A stretch of 61,906 bases of DNA, counting the filler, from Sphacelaria rigidula (taxonomy: Eukaryota), in the NCBI GenBank assembly GCA_964200075.2. It is 9 parts of 9 records of this genome, joined end to end, with 100 filler letters (N's around TTAATTAATTAA, not from the genome) between each part and the next. Parts side by side here need not be neighbours in the genome. Positions count along the whole stretch, not along the records: positions 41,340 to 48,128 come from CAXNAA020018072.1; positions 48,229 to 55,017 come from CAXNAA020018073.1; positions 55,118 to 61,906 come from CAXNAA020018074.1; 6 more parts are not named here. One strand, written 5' to 3'. The notes beneath the pieces are model-generated. The model was not told the DNA's origin. It searched no databases and saw only the letters and a list, made by a program, of their open reading frames with translations. Made by a program: the position numbers and the translations under genes. This document shows positions 46,301 through 59,685 of the stretch, piece by piece. Position 1 is the first letter of the stretch; each line of letters begins with the position of its first letter.

Positions 46301-49300
46301 ATGAGGACCATATTAACCTGTTATCGTGCCGCCTCTGACTCGTTGGCTGGTCCAGCTAGAGTGCATGGCATTTCAAGTTATTTCAAGACTGCAAGTCTGT
46401 TCAGAGTTGGTCAGATACGAATATGAACTCGTATAGAGCGAGGGATGATCGTCGATGGGTTTGCCCTTCGTGATCATATCGCTTCATCTCGACAAGGCAA
46501 CCCTCACATCTGCGGTGAGGCTGATTGATTGAGCGAGAGAGATCGAGCACTGAGAAGTACCCGGGAGATCGAGGAATTTAGCTACCAAGAAGTGATACTG
46601 TCATATCTACCCGTGAAAATGATTTGATAACTCGGATACAGAACATCAGCGTCGTACGCTTCAGAAATGTTGTTTGCCTCTCAGCTGGTGTTTCAGGCCA
46701 TCTTATTTGGCCCTCCTGCCGTGCTGGTGAGGCGTGTATACCATACACCCAGCGTACCCCCCCTACACTGGCGGTTGACGAAGGACTCTCTTCTCCTGAT
46801 TTTGTGTTTCTCCTTTGAAATAGGTTGTTCTCTCTGTCGCATCTTGTGCGTGAGGTCCCACTCGACAAATCTGCAGTTTGTGCGATTTCGGGCCTTGTTA
46901 TTGTTGCGTAGTCCATTTTACCCTGCTCGGTAGTCCGTGGTGCACAGTTGGCGTGATCGGAGCGCTCCTCCGTGCTCCGGCAGATGATCGGAGTGAAATA
47001 TTCGACGCACATGAGGGTGTGCGTCGTTGCATGCCAAAATAATTAGCCCCTTTCTGCGTATATACCAGGGAAGACCATGTTCGTAAATATCAATGTGCGT
47101 TAATATTGTGATGGGGCGGTGCTCTTGCTCACATTCGTCCCCCATACATGAGTTGCAGCATTCGTGTAAGTCTTCGTCGAAGGTGAGTTGTATTTTTTGA
47201 GAGACCGCAGCACCTGGCGGCGGGCGTTGGGTACATCAGGGCCAGCAATCGTGACTTGTGGCACACTCCGACGTACAATTTCATTCTCTAATCCTTCGAG
47301 GAGCTTCCATATTACAATGAAAGACGAGGATCCAATGGGGGAGCCGCAAGCACCGGCGAGCTCGCGAAACATGGACAGGCTGGGCCAGCTGGCAGTGGTT
47401 TGCGAATGTAGCCGGGCCGGGCGGTGGGAAATCCGAAGCGTTAGGCGCTGAAATCTCAGCACAACATTTCGACCATCACTACGCACAACGCTCCCGGGGG
47501 CGCCAAGGAAACAAAATTACAGCAGAAAGTTAGAGGGATTTGAAGCTTCTGCATAAACTGTATGAATGTTGTCTGTGACGCTAGCAGGTTTGCTAGTACT
47601 GCAGCGTCTAAATGCTGTTGAGGGCCTCCCCAGCTCCACTGGCCTCAAGGTTCTCAGTTGCCAGCCTTCACAACACCTTATCATTATCTCGGAGTGAAAC
47701 CTGTAGCATACCATCAGGCCTGGGCTACACAGCAAGGGTCTTCATCCACAGGATGCCCTTGTCCCCTGATCATCATCCAGGATCAACTATTTACTGAACC
47801 GTGACGGCGTGATTTCGCCACCGCACCCCCAAAGCGCGTTGAATGAGAAATCGATCAACAAGCTTGACACTCAGAGAACGAACGCCAAAACGATTGAGCA
47901 AGTCACAACTGAATCCCAAACTCACGCGTAATGCAAGCAGCAATGGAATGAGTCACTCGCACCTCACGCAAGTCCTTCTTGAGAAATTCCGAAGCTGCCT
48001 CAAAAATATGTTTCAAAGGCTCCCGCATACGCTCCTCGACCTCAAAACCAACCCAGTCGACCAATACGATCAACGAACGATCCTCTGCCTCTGCCACGCG
48101 AATAATCCCAGCCATCTGAAATACCCCCNNNNNNNNNNNNNNNNNNNNNNNNNNNNNNNNNNNNNNNNNNNNTTAATTAATTAANNNNNNNNNNNNNNNN
48201 NNNNNNNNNNNNNNNNNNNNNNNNNNNNATGAAAAGAGCAATCGATTGGACCCGCCACCTGTGCTTTTTACATGCATACTGCCTGAAAAAAATGAGAAGA
48301 GGTGCGTAGGTTTGGTCATTTTTCCCAGACAAAAACGAAAACGCATTTTTTTTTTGGGGAGAAAAAAGGCCAAATTTAGTCTTGATTAATGTGTTCCTCC
48401 GTAAATAGTTGCAATACAAGAAATGGTACTGCGTTACGTATAGGCCTATTGCAACCGTTGACCATATTTTGCGCATCATGTGATGAATATATATATATAT
48501 ATATATACAGATGTATGCGTGTGTGATTGTTACAAAACATTACTCTCTCGCCCCATTTTGGCTAGTTGACCCGCAGAGTGGAGATGCGGGCCGTTTGTTC
48601 TTCCGAAGGTGGCTATGCGCGTGTTATTCCGAACTCGAAAGACACCACGTATGCTGCCACGGAAGACTGGGTACGACGGGTGCTTTGTCGCTACTCCAGT
48701 CTTTGCTGTGTCTGGGGTCGTGGATGCGGTGCATGTGAGCACGCACAGCAAGTTGATGTTGTAGTTTTAGACAAGGAGTAGGTCTCTCGTTGGGAATCAG
48801 GCAGCTAGCGAGCTATTGACCATGGAGAATGACCTATCGAGGGTATTGTCGAGGGGGACCGGGAGTGAGGAGCGTCACAAACCATGAACGTGCTCTCTGC
48901 ACGATGATAACGGTTTGACAAACCCTCCGATTTGGATTTTTTGTTGGATCTTTCGCCGCATGCAGGCAGAGCATTCGTACAGTACGTACATTTCATGAAG
49001 AGTCGAGTTATTTGTTTTTACGGGTCGGCCCCGATGGGCTCAAGATTGCTGCACTTCGTAGTAAGGAAGAAGAATGTTCCACACCCTCAATATTAGCATT
49101 ACATTGGCAAAAAGTGTACTGTATATATCGAATATATATATCGTGTGTTGCAGTACATAATAGATTCGATACTGTACGCAGTACAATTTTTGATCAAGGT
49201 AATACGTTTTGTCCGGGATGGGGAATATTGTCCGTGGTGAAGCACGCTTTGTGCGCGCGAGTAAATGACTGCCCGCGTAGAGTAGCGTAGTGTTCGGCCA

Positions 49301-49779
49301 TTTGTGCTTGTGGTGCACTTTGCTCCATATGTTTTCATCGTCGTTCCGTGGCGCATGGACGTACGTGCATGGTCAAAAAATGAAAACAAGAATCACGGTA
49401 GTGCATATCGGCCTGGAGTTCAGGACGGAGACCTCCTTTGAAAAATTCAGTAGTCATGTCGACGTGGAACAAATGTATTGTCACATCAAGGTATTCAAAG
49501 CTTCACATTTTGTGTTTCTTTCTCTTGGTGTGATGGCACTACCACTGCTTAACGCTTGCTGCATACAGCGTTGGATTAAGTGAAGACAATATCGGGTGCT
49601 TGCTAGAAGGATGGGTCTAATATTTCGTTGTGGGTGTCTGTTTTCAACTTATATATTTTTTCATTTTCGTTGTGAATCGAGAGCCAGATTTTGCTGTTGT
49701 TTTTTCCCCCGTTGAACCGCCCTTTATTTTTTATTGTTTGTTCCCGTTGTTTCTCATTGTTTATTGTTCATGTAAACAG

Positions 49780-49875
49780 GCGGATTTGCAGGCGATGGAC
49801 CGCGCCCACCGAATCGGACAAAAACGCCCGGTCAGCGTGTATCGTCTCGTCACGGAGAACACCGTGGAGGAAAAA
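49780..49875 (+). CDS. ISWI: ISWI/SMARCA5-type SNF2 chromatin-remodelling ATPase, exon with helicase motif VI ([32 protein letters not shown])
   Basis: Canonical [11 protein letters not shown] motif; CAG acceptor, GTGAGT donor, 96 nt. Confidence 0.93.
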
Positions 49876-50594
49876 GTGAGTTGGTTCACATCGCATCAAT
49901 TTACCTGCAGTTTTTTCCCCAATGTCAAGTATGATTCCGCGCCGTAAATGACGGCGGACAAGACCGGTACGTACTTCACCACCCCCCGTGGATGACATCC
50001 CTGGGGGATGACGTTCCTTGTATTTCTTGTTTCCATGCTGGGTTCTGTTGTGCTGTATAGGGCGAGGTGGTACGTCACACCTTCCGCCTTTCCCCCAACT
50101 AGTACCGGGCGGTCGTATACAAGGTTACCCACGTCACTCACATATTTTGAAAATTTTGGAAAGGTGCGCGACGGGTCCGTCAGAAAACAAGAAATGGTTG
50201 CTCTTCTCTTGCTTTTCTGTTTTTTTTTTTTCTTTCTTCTCGTGGGTAGCGTGTTACTGGGAAGTACAGCACATGTTTCTGTTTGTGTGTGCGTGCGTGT
50301 ACCAAGCTTCCAGTCCGAGTGAATTTTTTTCAAGTTCCTCCGACTACGATCCCCCCCGAAGATAATTAGCACGCTTCGGATCGAACAATCTTAGCGGGAT
50401 GCAGCTCACCCTCATGCGACTCGCCGAACACACCACGGCGCTTCGCGCTTGGTGATCACGAGCCTGTTCCGGCGAAAACTTGGCGTGCTCCGTCCCGGTT
50501 TTGTGATGGATACAAGGTCGATGGTCTTGTGTCTACGGCATCAAAGATAATGAATGCACTCCCTCCCCGTAGAAAATGGAGTAACTCATTCAAG

Positions 50595-50810
50595 GCTGTC
50601 ATCACTGTGCAAGATAATCAGTACTCTTTAGGGCGAACAATCTTAGCAGGATGCAGCTCACCCCTCATGCGACTCGTCGAACCCTTCGCGCTTGGTGACC
50701 GGTTGCGAACCTGGTCCGGCGACAACTCGGCGTGCTTTGTCCTGGCTTTGTAGAGATGCGAAGTCAATGGTCTTATGACTACGGCATGCGATGTCATGAG
50801 TACCCCCCCG
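50595..50810 (+). mobile_element. Retroelement family B 3' end; other copies at 874-995(-), 5764-5811(-), 6892-6947(+), 6948-7022(+), 8638-8702(-, A/B chimera), 8735-8857(-), 27343-27461(+), 50378-50568(+), 58075-58116(-)
   Basis: Dispersed copies are variably 5'-truncated and share the 3' terminus GGTCAATGGTCTxATGACTAxGGCATGCATGATCATGAGTAC(A)CCCC. Confidence 0.8.
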
Positions 50811-52314
50811 TCCCCCGTCCCCCGTCCCCCGTCCCCCGTCCCGTGAGTATCCCTTTGGAAAACAGTCGTCGCTGTTCCCACATGTAGTTGAGACAGAGGA
50901 TATTTCAGTATCATTATTTTGCGTGTTTCGGCCGTGAGGTCCTTGTACTGAATCGTCGGTAATCGCCGGTCCGAAGGATATGACGAGGTTTGCCACCCCA
51001 TAAAAAAATGCTCGTGGTTCCCATGTAAACCTACGTAGGCATATCAACCACGACCGCAGATCCTAAAATAGAAATATATTCCGATTTGGCCAGTCTGAGT
51101 TTTGACCTCCCAAGGAATCGGCGGTTCTCGCCGATTTGTCGTCACACAGTAGTGCAGTTATGGGGAGTTAGGCGTGCATATTCTCATGTTTTAGCGTGTT
51201 GGACGCACCGGGCATGCACTACGATGGATAACACCCCTCCCCCACCATGACGATATATTGTATTGTCCCAATGACTCAATTTGTTCACAAAAGGAAGAGG
51301 TATCATGTCGTGCCAAAATTTTTCCCGTATAGTAGATGGGGGTTCGAAATAGTCGCCGATCGATTGATTCCGTTGGGCGGCAGCCGCTCAAATTACTTGA
51401 AGCGTTCAGCATGGACACTTACGGTGCTATTTTATCTATAATCGAATCGTGACGCAAGGGCCCTTCTCAACGAAAGGAGAAGAACGAGGATGATTATGAC
51501 TAAGGGCCCACGCGTGGTGACCATTTTACGCTCCTTGCCTCATCATCGGATTGTTCCTCCGTTCTCACCGAAGAAGAAAAAACATTTTTGATTTTTTTTT
51601 TTTCTATGAAAATGAGAATGAAAATGCAAAAGGGAACGCGACTTTAGATTTGTTGCCATGCTGCTAGCGATGAGTGGTGCTGTGGTAGGGGGTGGCCCCA
51701 AAATGTGCCAAATGTTGTCGTTTAGGCGTATGATGCATCATACCATAGTAACGCATAGTATAATAATCACAAGGCTCTTCCGACATGGTGCAAGACAAAG
51801 CATTATACGCACATAAAACTGTCGAAATTCAACCCACGGATGTGACTGAGAGTAGGCATTTGTGCTGTGAGTGACAGAATAGAGGACGCTTATCCATGGT
51901 ACAGGCACATTCATGCCAGCCTCGCAACGTTTCTCCGCCGTAGTAGTTGAACATGCACTCATGTATCCTATACCCCGAAAACGACCCGCCACCGTCACCC
52001 CTATTTTTGTGGTGATTTTGTTTTTTCTTGTAAGGCCGCTTCTTATGCGAAACAAATATACAAATCCGGAGCACTGCCTTCATGAAGCTTCTGCGTCGTT
52101 TCACGCCCTGAAAGAGAGCTAGGCGGATGTTGAAGCCTTGGAATGCCTTGCTGTACTTGGTGAGACAGTCTCCGAAATACTTATTTTTGCCATGAGAAGC
52201 GGCCGAAGTCATCGATAAACATTCGAGTTTCTGCTCATGTCCGAAGATCCCGTAACCCCCTCCCCCCCTTATGTTGGATCCCCCCTTGCGCGCGATGGTG
52301 TGATGTGGCTGCAG

Positions 52315-52395
52315 GTGGTTGAGCGTGCGCAGCAGAAGCTCAAGCTGGACGCCATGATCGTGCAGCAGGGAAGGCTCGCAGAAAACACCAAAAAG
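52315..52395 (+). CDS. ISWI: ISWI/SMARCA5, exon (VVERAQQKLKLDAMIVQQGRLAENTKK)
   Basis: ERA..KL.LD..V.QQGRL is the ISWI post-helicase motif; CAG acceptor, GTTAGA donor, 81 nt, phase 0-0. Confidence 0.92.
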
Positions 52396-53969
52396 GTTAG
52401 AATGATGGCGCAGAACGTATCCACCTGTAGTTGTATTTGGGGGGTTGTTTCTACGAATGCGTAAACTATTATACGCTTTGGGCCGTCCCATGGGGTCCCG
52501 AAAAATGAAGTCAAACCTCTGTTCCAGAAAGTTTGGGGCTGGGTTTTCAGATATTTTTCTGAAACCGTCTTCGATGGGGTTTTGTTCTCGGAGATATGTT
52601 ATTCGAGATCGGGAGTGTTTCGTTCCCAGAGATATGCTTTTCCCGTCCATCTCGTCAACAAAAGTAGGCTTTTTTCGGAGAGATTAAGTTTTGTCGGCGA
52701 AAGGTTTTATCAAAAACGCCTCCCATCGAGCGCGCTGCAACAAGATGTGCAGACAGTACACAGATGAGAGCCACCGCACCCCGGTCGTGTAATGGTCATG
52801 ATCCAGCTAACACTATCAGGCAGAAGAGAAGGCGGGTTCGATGCCCGCGATATGCGATTTTTTTTTTTAGAAGAATCTGATTTCTGCAGTTGGAATTGTG
52901 AGGCTGTGAGCAGCCGAGAAGAGTTTGAGTTTGCTCGGCGGGAGTTCACGCGGTGCGGGGGTCATGATCCAATTTGCGAGACCAAAATGTAAGGTGTGTA
53001 CCGGGGGAGAGATGGGATAATTCCTTGAGACCATCGACTCGTCCCCAGGAAGGGGAAGGGTTGGAAGTGTGACGGGGAAGTAAGGAAGGGGAAAATGGAG
53101 CACAGCCCGCACGTAGCACGGTACAGATCGAGCACGCGGCAAACTGTACGATGAGGCAACAGAAACATGTATAGCACCAGTACCGCTGTGCATGAGGACA
53201 GACGGTACAAGCGTGCATGCACGAATGGCAGCAGCATACTATACGGCACATTCAAAAGTGCGCGAAGACAGACCATTGTGCTAATACACACTTCGTACAA
53301 GCACGAGTTACGGTAGGGCAGTACAAACAACACCCGTCAAGGATGCGGGTCAGGGCACCCCTGTGCGATAACGCCGGACTGTGCGTTCGCTCCGATACCT
53401 TTTGCTTCTTTCGCGCACCCCTGTGCGTTTGCTCCGCACTTTGCCCTGACCCCGAACCGTGCCTATAATCGCATCCTTACGGTACATAACTGTAGATAAT
53501 GAGCAGTACGGTGGCCGCTGCTTCGTTCTCAAATTGATGATGGCAGATATCATGCGGACGGGTGCTCCCACTCTTCGTCTAAGGCTCGCCAACGGTTCTC
53601 GAGTCATCTTGTGAAATAAGCACACCCTGGACAATGGATTACATAGTCAGAAAATGTACTGGGTACAGTACATAATCTATTGTCTGTTGCAAAAACGCAA
53701 TCGTCAATACTGTACGCAGTACACTTTATGCCAAGACAATCTATTGTGCAGTGTGTGGAAATAAGAGTATTCGCGAGGTCTCTCTTCTCTCTCTCTCTCT
53801 CCCTTACGAGATGAGAGGGGAAATAATATATATGATTTCTTCAAAGGGGTCCGGCCTCCAATGGTGAGACATAGCAATCGCGCGTAGCACCTGTACGGGG
53901 CACAAAAAAACCACGAAAGGGGAGGCAGGCGGGCGGGCAAGAAGACACGCGAGGCGAATGTAAATAAAT

Positions 53970-54092
53970 ATAGTATATATATAATACATTTAATTAATTA
54001 ATTTATATATAATACATTTAATTAATTAATTAATTAATTAATTAATTAATTAATTAATTGGATGGATGGATGGATGGATGGATGGTTGGTTG
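53970..54092. repeat. Native (TTAA)n and (GGAT)n microsatellites
   Basis: Simple repeats without flanking Ns, so not the artificial linker. Confidence 0.9.
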
Positions 54093-54577
54093 GTCATTTG
54101 ATTTTTTTTTTTAGCAAGGGAAAGACAATATGAGATAAATAAAAGGGGGTAAAGAAAAAAGAAAAATACATGTAAACGACACGTGTATCATAGTTCTGTA
54201 GCTATTATGTCATCACTTCCGTCGAAGCTAAACACCAAAGCTGCGAAAGACGAAACACGGCGATAACCTCCGTGACACATACACTTACATGCGCGCACGC
54301 ACATACGGCATCTGTCTCTTTCATATCCAGAATAAAATGCTATGTCGTCTTGCCTTGACAACGGGGTTGTGAAGCGTTTGTCTTTTTTGGCAAGAAAAAA
54401 TATGGCATGTGAAACATAAAACTCGGTTCCAAGCCTTCTCGGCGGTCCCTCACCCCGCTCCCCCCCGTTTCGCAGTTCACTTTGTTTTGTTTTGGTCGTT
54501 TTCGCCCCCATTGTTTTTATCGACCCGCAAAAATTGTTACGGTACACGCGCACACGTACTTATGTATGTATATGCAG

Positions 54578-54691
54578 CTGGGCAAGGAGCAGCTGCTGGA
54601 CGCGTTGAGGTTCGGTGCGGACAAGGTGTTTAGGAGTAAAGACACCTCCATCACGGACGCTGACATCGACGCCATTATGGAACATGGCAAG
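54578..54691 (+). CDS. ISWI: ISWI/SMARCA5, exon (LGKEQLLDALRFGADKVFRSKDTSITDADIDAIMEHGK)
   Basis: K.E.L...RFGA..VF.SKDS.ITD.DID.I...G is the ISWI NegC-region motif; CAG acceptor, GTACGG donor, 114 nt. Confidence 0.92.
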
Positions 54692-57600
54692 GTACGGGCG
54701 TGTAGAATATTTTGTTGTGGTGCGTTCCACATTTTGTTTCGCATTTCTCACGTTTTTTACGTCATGGAACATGACGAATAGCAGCAGTAGTATGTGCATT
54801 GATATCTATTGTTTCATACTCATTTGTGAAAATCTGCTCGATATTACGCTGGACCACACAACTAACTTAGTTGCCTTGGTGGCATCTATCTCCGTTATGT
54901 CATTCCGTGATTATGTTTTCTTTTTCGGGGGGGGGGGGGGGGGGCTCAGGGGGGGGGGGTCTAAGCTGTTGTTTTTGGCTGTTGTTTTGTATTTTTGTTT
55001 TTTTTTGTTTTTCTTTTNNNNNNNNNNNNNNNNNNNNNNNNNNNNNNNNNNNNNNNNNNNNTTAATTAATTAANNNNNNNNNNNNNNNNNNNNNNNNNNN
55101 NNNNNNNNNNNNNNNNNGCCATCGCAATTTGCGAGAGGAACTTTCTGCCTATATATGAACGCACCTTAATTGTTCACGCGTCGCCTCCCCCCTCCTGGGC
55201 GATGCTGTCTGGGCCGCTCTTGAATGCACAGCAGGTGCGGACTGGGCTTGCGAAAACAGGATATTTGTCATCATCCAAAGCTTTTCACCGTTTTTCGCGG
55301 AGGCGTTTTAAAGACTATTAAAAAAATGAAATTTTCCCCCGGCGTAACACTGGATACGAATAGAAGATGTTAGTATTTGGAACATGACCGATAAATTTAT
55401 TTCAGACGTTTTACTGTGCTCCACAACCCATACTCGTGTGTGCGCACCATACATGCTAAGGTCGTCAGTTACAATAGAACTGTAAAGAGGACAGATGGCT
55501 GTGCACTGCTGCAGAACGGAAGGTATGGGCATAAGATGGTATTGTGATATCTGTTTATCATTTTTTTTTCGAAGTTGCAAGCGTACCTATCCGTGCTACG
55601 GTAGGTAATGCCTGCTGAAAGAACGAAGAATGTCACCCTTTGTTGCGCCGAAAAAAAAAGGTTTCGGAACAGAATCCGACATCTTTTCGCCTCGAAACGC
55701 ACGCACCGACAACACAACCCCGGATGAGGCAACATGAGGTTGTTAACCATGGTCTACATGACATGCAGGCGAAGTTTCAGCGCGTAAAAGTGCCAACAGC
55801 GCGTGCACGGCCGTGCCTCCTGAATTGAGGATCTCTACAGACAATAGGAAGATTTGTACCGCACGGCATGTCATGATCCAGAATGTGTGCCAGTACAGAT
55901 TGATGTTTCTTTAACGGCGCAGAAGCTGCGTAGTAGGTTATGATCTAGAACTGAGCGCCCCCGCGTGTCAGTACATCCATGCAGCGACGTCTCACGCAGT
56001 CTGGGCTGCAGAGACGTCGTTTTCAGGGCGTATGGACGGCATAACCCAAAATCCGTGTTCGCTCTGTGTAGAATCCGCCCGCCCCTTCACGTGCCACCGA
56101 ACAGCGTATATGCTGTCTCTGTTGTGCTGTACCTCTGTGCCAAGTTTGAAACAGGTTCGTGTGGACACGGGAGAGAAATCCTCAAACAAAGCGACGCTTC
56201 CAAAATTGAAAATGCAGTACTGAACCGTGCAAAGATACGTGATGTGCGGTTACGCCGCATATCTCACATGCGGTGAGTTACCGCCGTCCTATTTGCACCC
56301 CTTTGGCCACCCGCCACCCAGTACGATGGCAACAAGTGCAGGGTCCGCGAACGTGTCGGATTTTTGATGCGATAGCTCACCCTCCGATGGTTTCTTGTAC
56401 TCATGGTGTGTACAGAAAGAAGCACTGCGGGCTGGCGGATCGCGCAGATGCGAAACTGCGCCCCAGTGTGTGTGCGTATGTGTGTACGCGAAATATTCTG
56501 TCGATGCCGTCGCAAAGGTCAGGTTTAACGAACGGCTTTTTTCGTACGTCTTTGCTGTACCCACGACAAATATCTCTGTTTCGCCACTTATCGCATGTGA
56601 GAAAGTGTCTCGGTGGAAATCGCGCGTTGGGCGCTCCCATGAGTAACTATCCCGAACATAACGTTTAGACGGAGCTTGGCACCTCGGGGTGATCGCATCC
56701 CTTCGCTGATACCGTTCTGCAGCCATTTTTCCGTTTTAGGGTCATGTCACGGTAGTAGTCGCGCCCAAAATTGCTATCTCAGCAAGAAGCGGTCGACTCA
56801 ATAAAATGCCTGAAGCAAAAAAAAATTCGAATTTGCTTTCAACCAAATAAAAAAATAGTTAGCAACAACCTTTGATCGTTTTTTATTGGAATCGCAACCT
56901 CGGCCGTAAACGAAACTGTCGCGTGCACGAAACGCGGAATTGCTCGGGTCTTGATTTTTCTTCTTACGTGACCGCCCTTGTGATGGAAAGTGCGGGTTCG
57001 GCCATAAACAAATTGATGTGGGGGCTATGAAGGTCCTCTACAAGGGTGTCGACGAAAAAAGTTTGTCATTGCCAGGTGCCAACATCAGCCCAACTCGCTC
57101 GGCGGCTGAAAATCGACAGCGAAATGCCAATAGTCAACCACGTGAATCCTTGACACATCACAAATGGCCTTGGGGTCAAGGCTTGAATGTAGGACTTGCA
57201 GCGGATTTCGTGAAGAACGAACTATAACGTTTGTCGGATATTGCAGTTCCGCAATAACTGAAACACGTGCTTAGACCAACGCCAGCGAAAAACACGCATA
57301 GCATTTTTTTTTCCAGGTGGTACCGGCCCCCTTAATTGCGGGGCCTTTACTGCACTCATCCCCGATAACCACTCCGGAGACAAGATGAAGTCTAAAAAAT
57401 ACTGTGATGAGACATCGCAAGAGGTCACCTCGACAATACTTTTTGCTGGGGACGGAGGACGCGTGATTCTCGCAATCTTGCGCCGGATGTTTTGGCTATT
57501 TCTAGGGAGTAACATATTGGAGGAGCCTGCACACGTGCTGGTGTCTCTTGCAAAACGCCCAATGTCCGCAGGAAGAACACCTGCCCTCAACACACGATAC

Positions 57601-58653
57601 CCTGGTGGTATGACTACTGCATCCTGCGCAGCGGCGGCAACTTCAGCCCGAAAAAGTGTTCGAGAAAATGCCGGCCGCCCACATCAAGACGCACGATGCG
57701 CCGGCGTCGTTTGACATCCAACCTATCCTACGACTTTCTATGGGGAAAAACCCGACAGAAAATCGCGCCCTTTACCCCTCCAGCGCAGCCACTACGGGCA
57801 CATCTGCACATATCGCACGGAGATGTCAAGCGCATAATGTCACCGACAACCAATCCTGCCATGAGACCACATTACATCCTGCGTTGTACATGATCTCCAT
57901 CCATCCGCGATACAACCCCTGGCGGCCTCGCAGTCTGGGTTCGCCGCTGTTGGTGCACCTGAGGCGAAATATAGCGCACGCGGTGATAAATATGTGCAGA
58001 GAGGATCAGCGAGCCAGAGTCATGTTTCTTTCGACCCCGGGGAGGGAGGAAGAGAGGAGGGGAGGGGCGGGGGGTGTACTCATGATCATGCATGCGATAG
58101 TCATAAGACCAACCATGGAGGGGAGGGGCGGGGGGGGGGGGCTATCTCACGATCGCACCGCAAAGGGGGGGGCGGGGCCGGGCCGCATGACTGATCGGCG
58201 TAANNNNNNNNNNGTTCTCTCTCTTTATACTGCGCGCATCGTGCGGCACTGTCGTTAGCGGCCTATCTCACGATCGCACCGCAAATGGGACGGCGTCGCC
58301 GCGCAGCATGACTGATCGGCATAAGTCTGATGCAGCATGTGCGCGAAAGTCCCACGAGGTCTGGTTTCCCGTAGCCCACTCATCGACAGCCAGATTCCAA
58401 TACCATACACGACAGCCACACCGCGCTCCCCTCATCACACAAAATCACGGATTGCAACATCAAAATTATTGCAACCCCACCGCAGCCCCTTCCATCCAAC
58501 TTTATATCATACGGAAAAAGAATTACCCGGGATTGCGGTCGATACACGGACCTGGGGATCATAATAAACGAGGGGGGATAGAGGCGCGTGACTACTGACG
58601 CGAACCTGCTTCGCCGAAGCTCTTGGTATCATACCTGTGCGTTGACCACTCTC

Positions 58654-59685
58654 TCACACATCGTTCATCCGGTTCAAGTACAATTCCAATAAGTCCTTGC
58701 CCGTGTCTCCGTACGAAGCAAATGACTCCTCCGATGACGTGCTACTACCGCACTCACACTCTTCATCCGAGCTCGTCTCTGCTTCGTCGCCGCTGTCACC
58801 TCCGGGATTCACTTCATTGCCCATCACCAATTGCAACCCTTCGCCAACCGGTACGCTTTGCGCGTGGATAGCCGGATTGCACCCCCCCATGCACCCACAT
58901 AATATCGGATGGCAATCCTTCCCAAGCTTGGCGCATTTGCAGTTGCGGTCGCACTTGTGTATCTCAGCCGCCGATGGGTTGCACCCGCACAGAAGACGAT
59001 TGATCCTCCCCGTGGGGTCGATGCGTGCGTGTTCCGATAAGTTGACAACAACTTTGGCCTTCGTCATGGGCGTTTGTGGGTTGTCAGACGTCGTACTCCA
59101 ACCGCGATTGTTGAACTCCGCGTCCGCCATGGACTCCTCCATATCCCCCATCCAATATTCCAACACAGCTCCAGCTCGCTGCGCTTGGAAGCGAAGCGCA
59201 TCCGCAGGCGGCACGATGTCTGTTGGCCTCCTGCCGCCCACCTTCCACCTCAAAAATCTCACCCAATTCACGAAGACTGTCACCTTCCCCCCCGCCAGGT
59301 GGTGGAGGATATACTCCGCGCTGGTGCCGGCCGTTGAAAACGCCACTTCCTTCTTGTAGAAGAAAGCGACCCCCAGAAACTTCACCACTTCCTCCTCGTC
59401 CACAGACATCACCTGGCCCTCAATCGTCAACGGGGACCTCGAGAAAAAACCCGGCACGCGCAGGTCTTTCAGAAGCGCGTTCCACATAGAGATGAAAGGT
59501 AGCCCGTGGAAACAAGGGGGGCGGGGGGCGGCGCGGACAGACACCATGCGACGGTGCGCGTTCAGGTGGACTTTATATGTGTGGCGTTCGAAGTATGGGT
59601 TAAAAAAACATACGCCCGGCATCGAGCAGATACGCCACCAGTATTCCTGAGCAAGGAGCGAGTCTGTCACAGTGTCAGCATGCAC
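58654..59685 (-). mobile_element. Academ(X)-like DNA transposase C-terminal fragment (XPG/PIN-like region plus Cys8 zinc finger), 5'-decayed
   Basis: Intronless 343-codon ORF with DT.TDSLL, then VPPADALRFQAQRA....YW, RGW, CGC-x8-C-x3-CKC-x6-C-x4-CGC-x3-C and an acidic tail. The same frame upstream has stops (about 59738 and 59822) and a LINE-tail insertion at 60031-60110. Confidence 0.6.

Noticed and set aside
51829-52650. 273-aa minus-strand ORF
   Set aside because: It is antisense to a clear ISWI exon and its introns and has no recognisable domain.
58142-58323. ~60-bp duplication flanking a 10-N gap
   Set aside because: The first copy differs by G-biased substitutions right after a poly(G) run, so it is probably a low-quality read end overlapping across a scaffold gap.
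58697-59359. 220-aa plus-strand ORF
   Set aside because: It is the antisense shadow of the Academ-like ORF.
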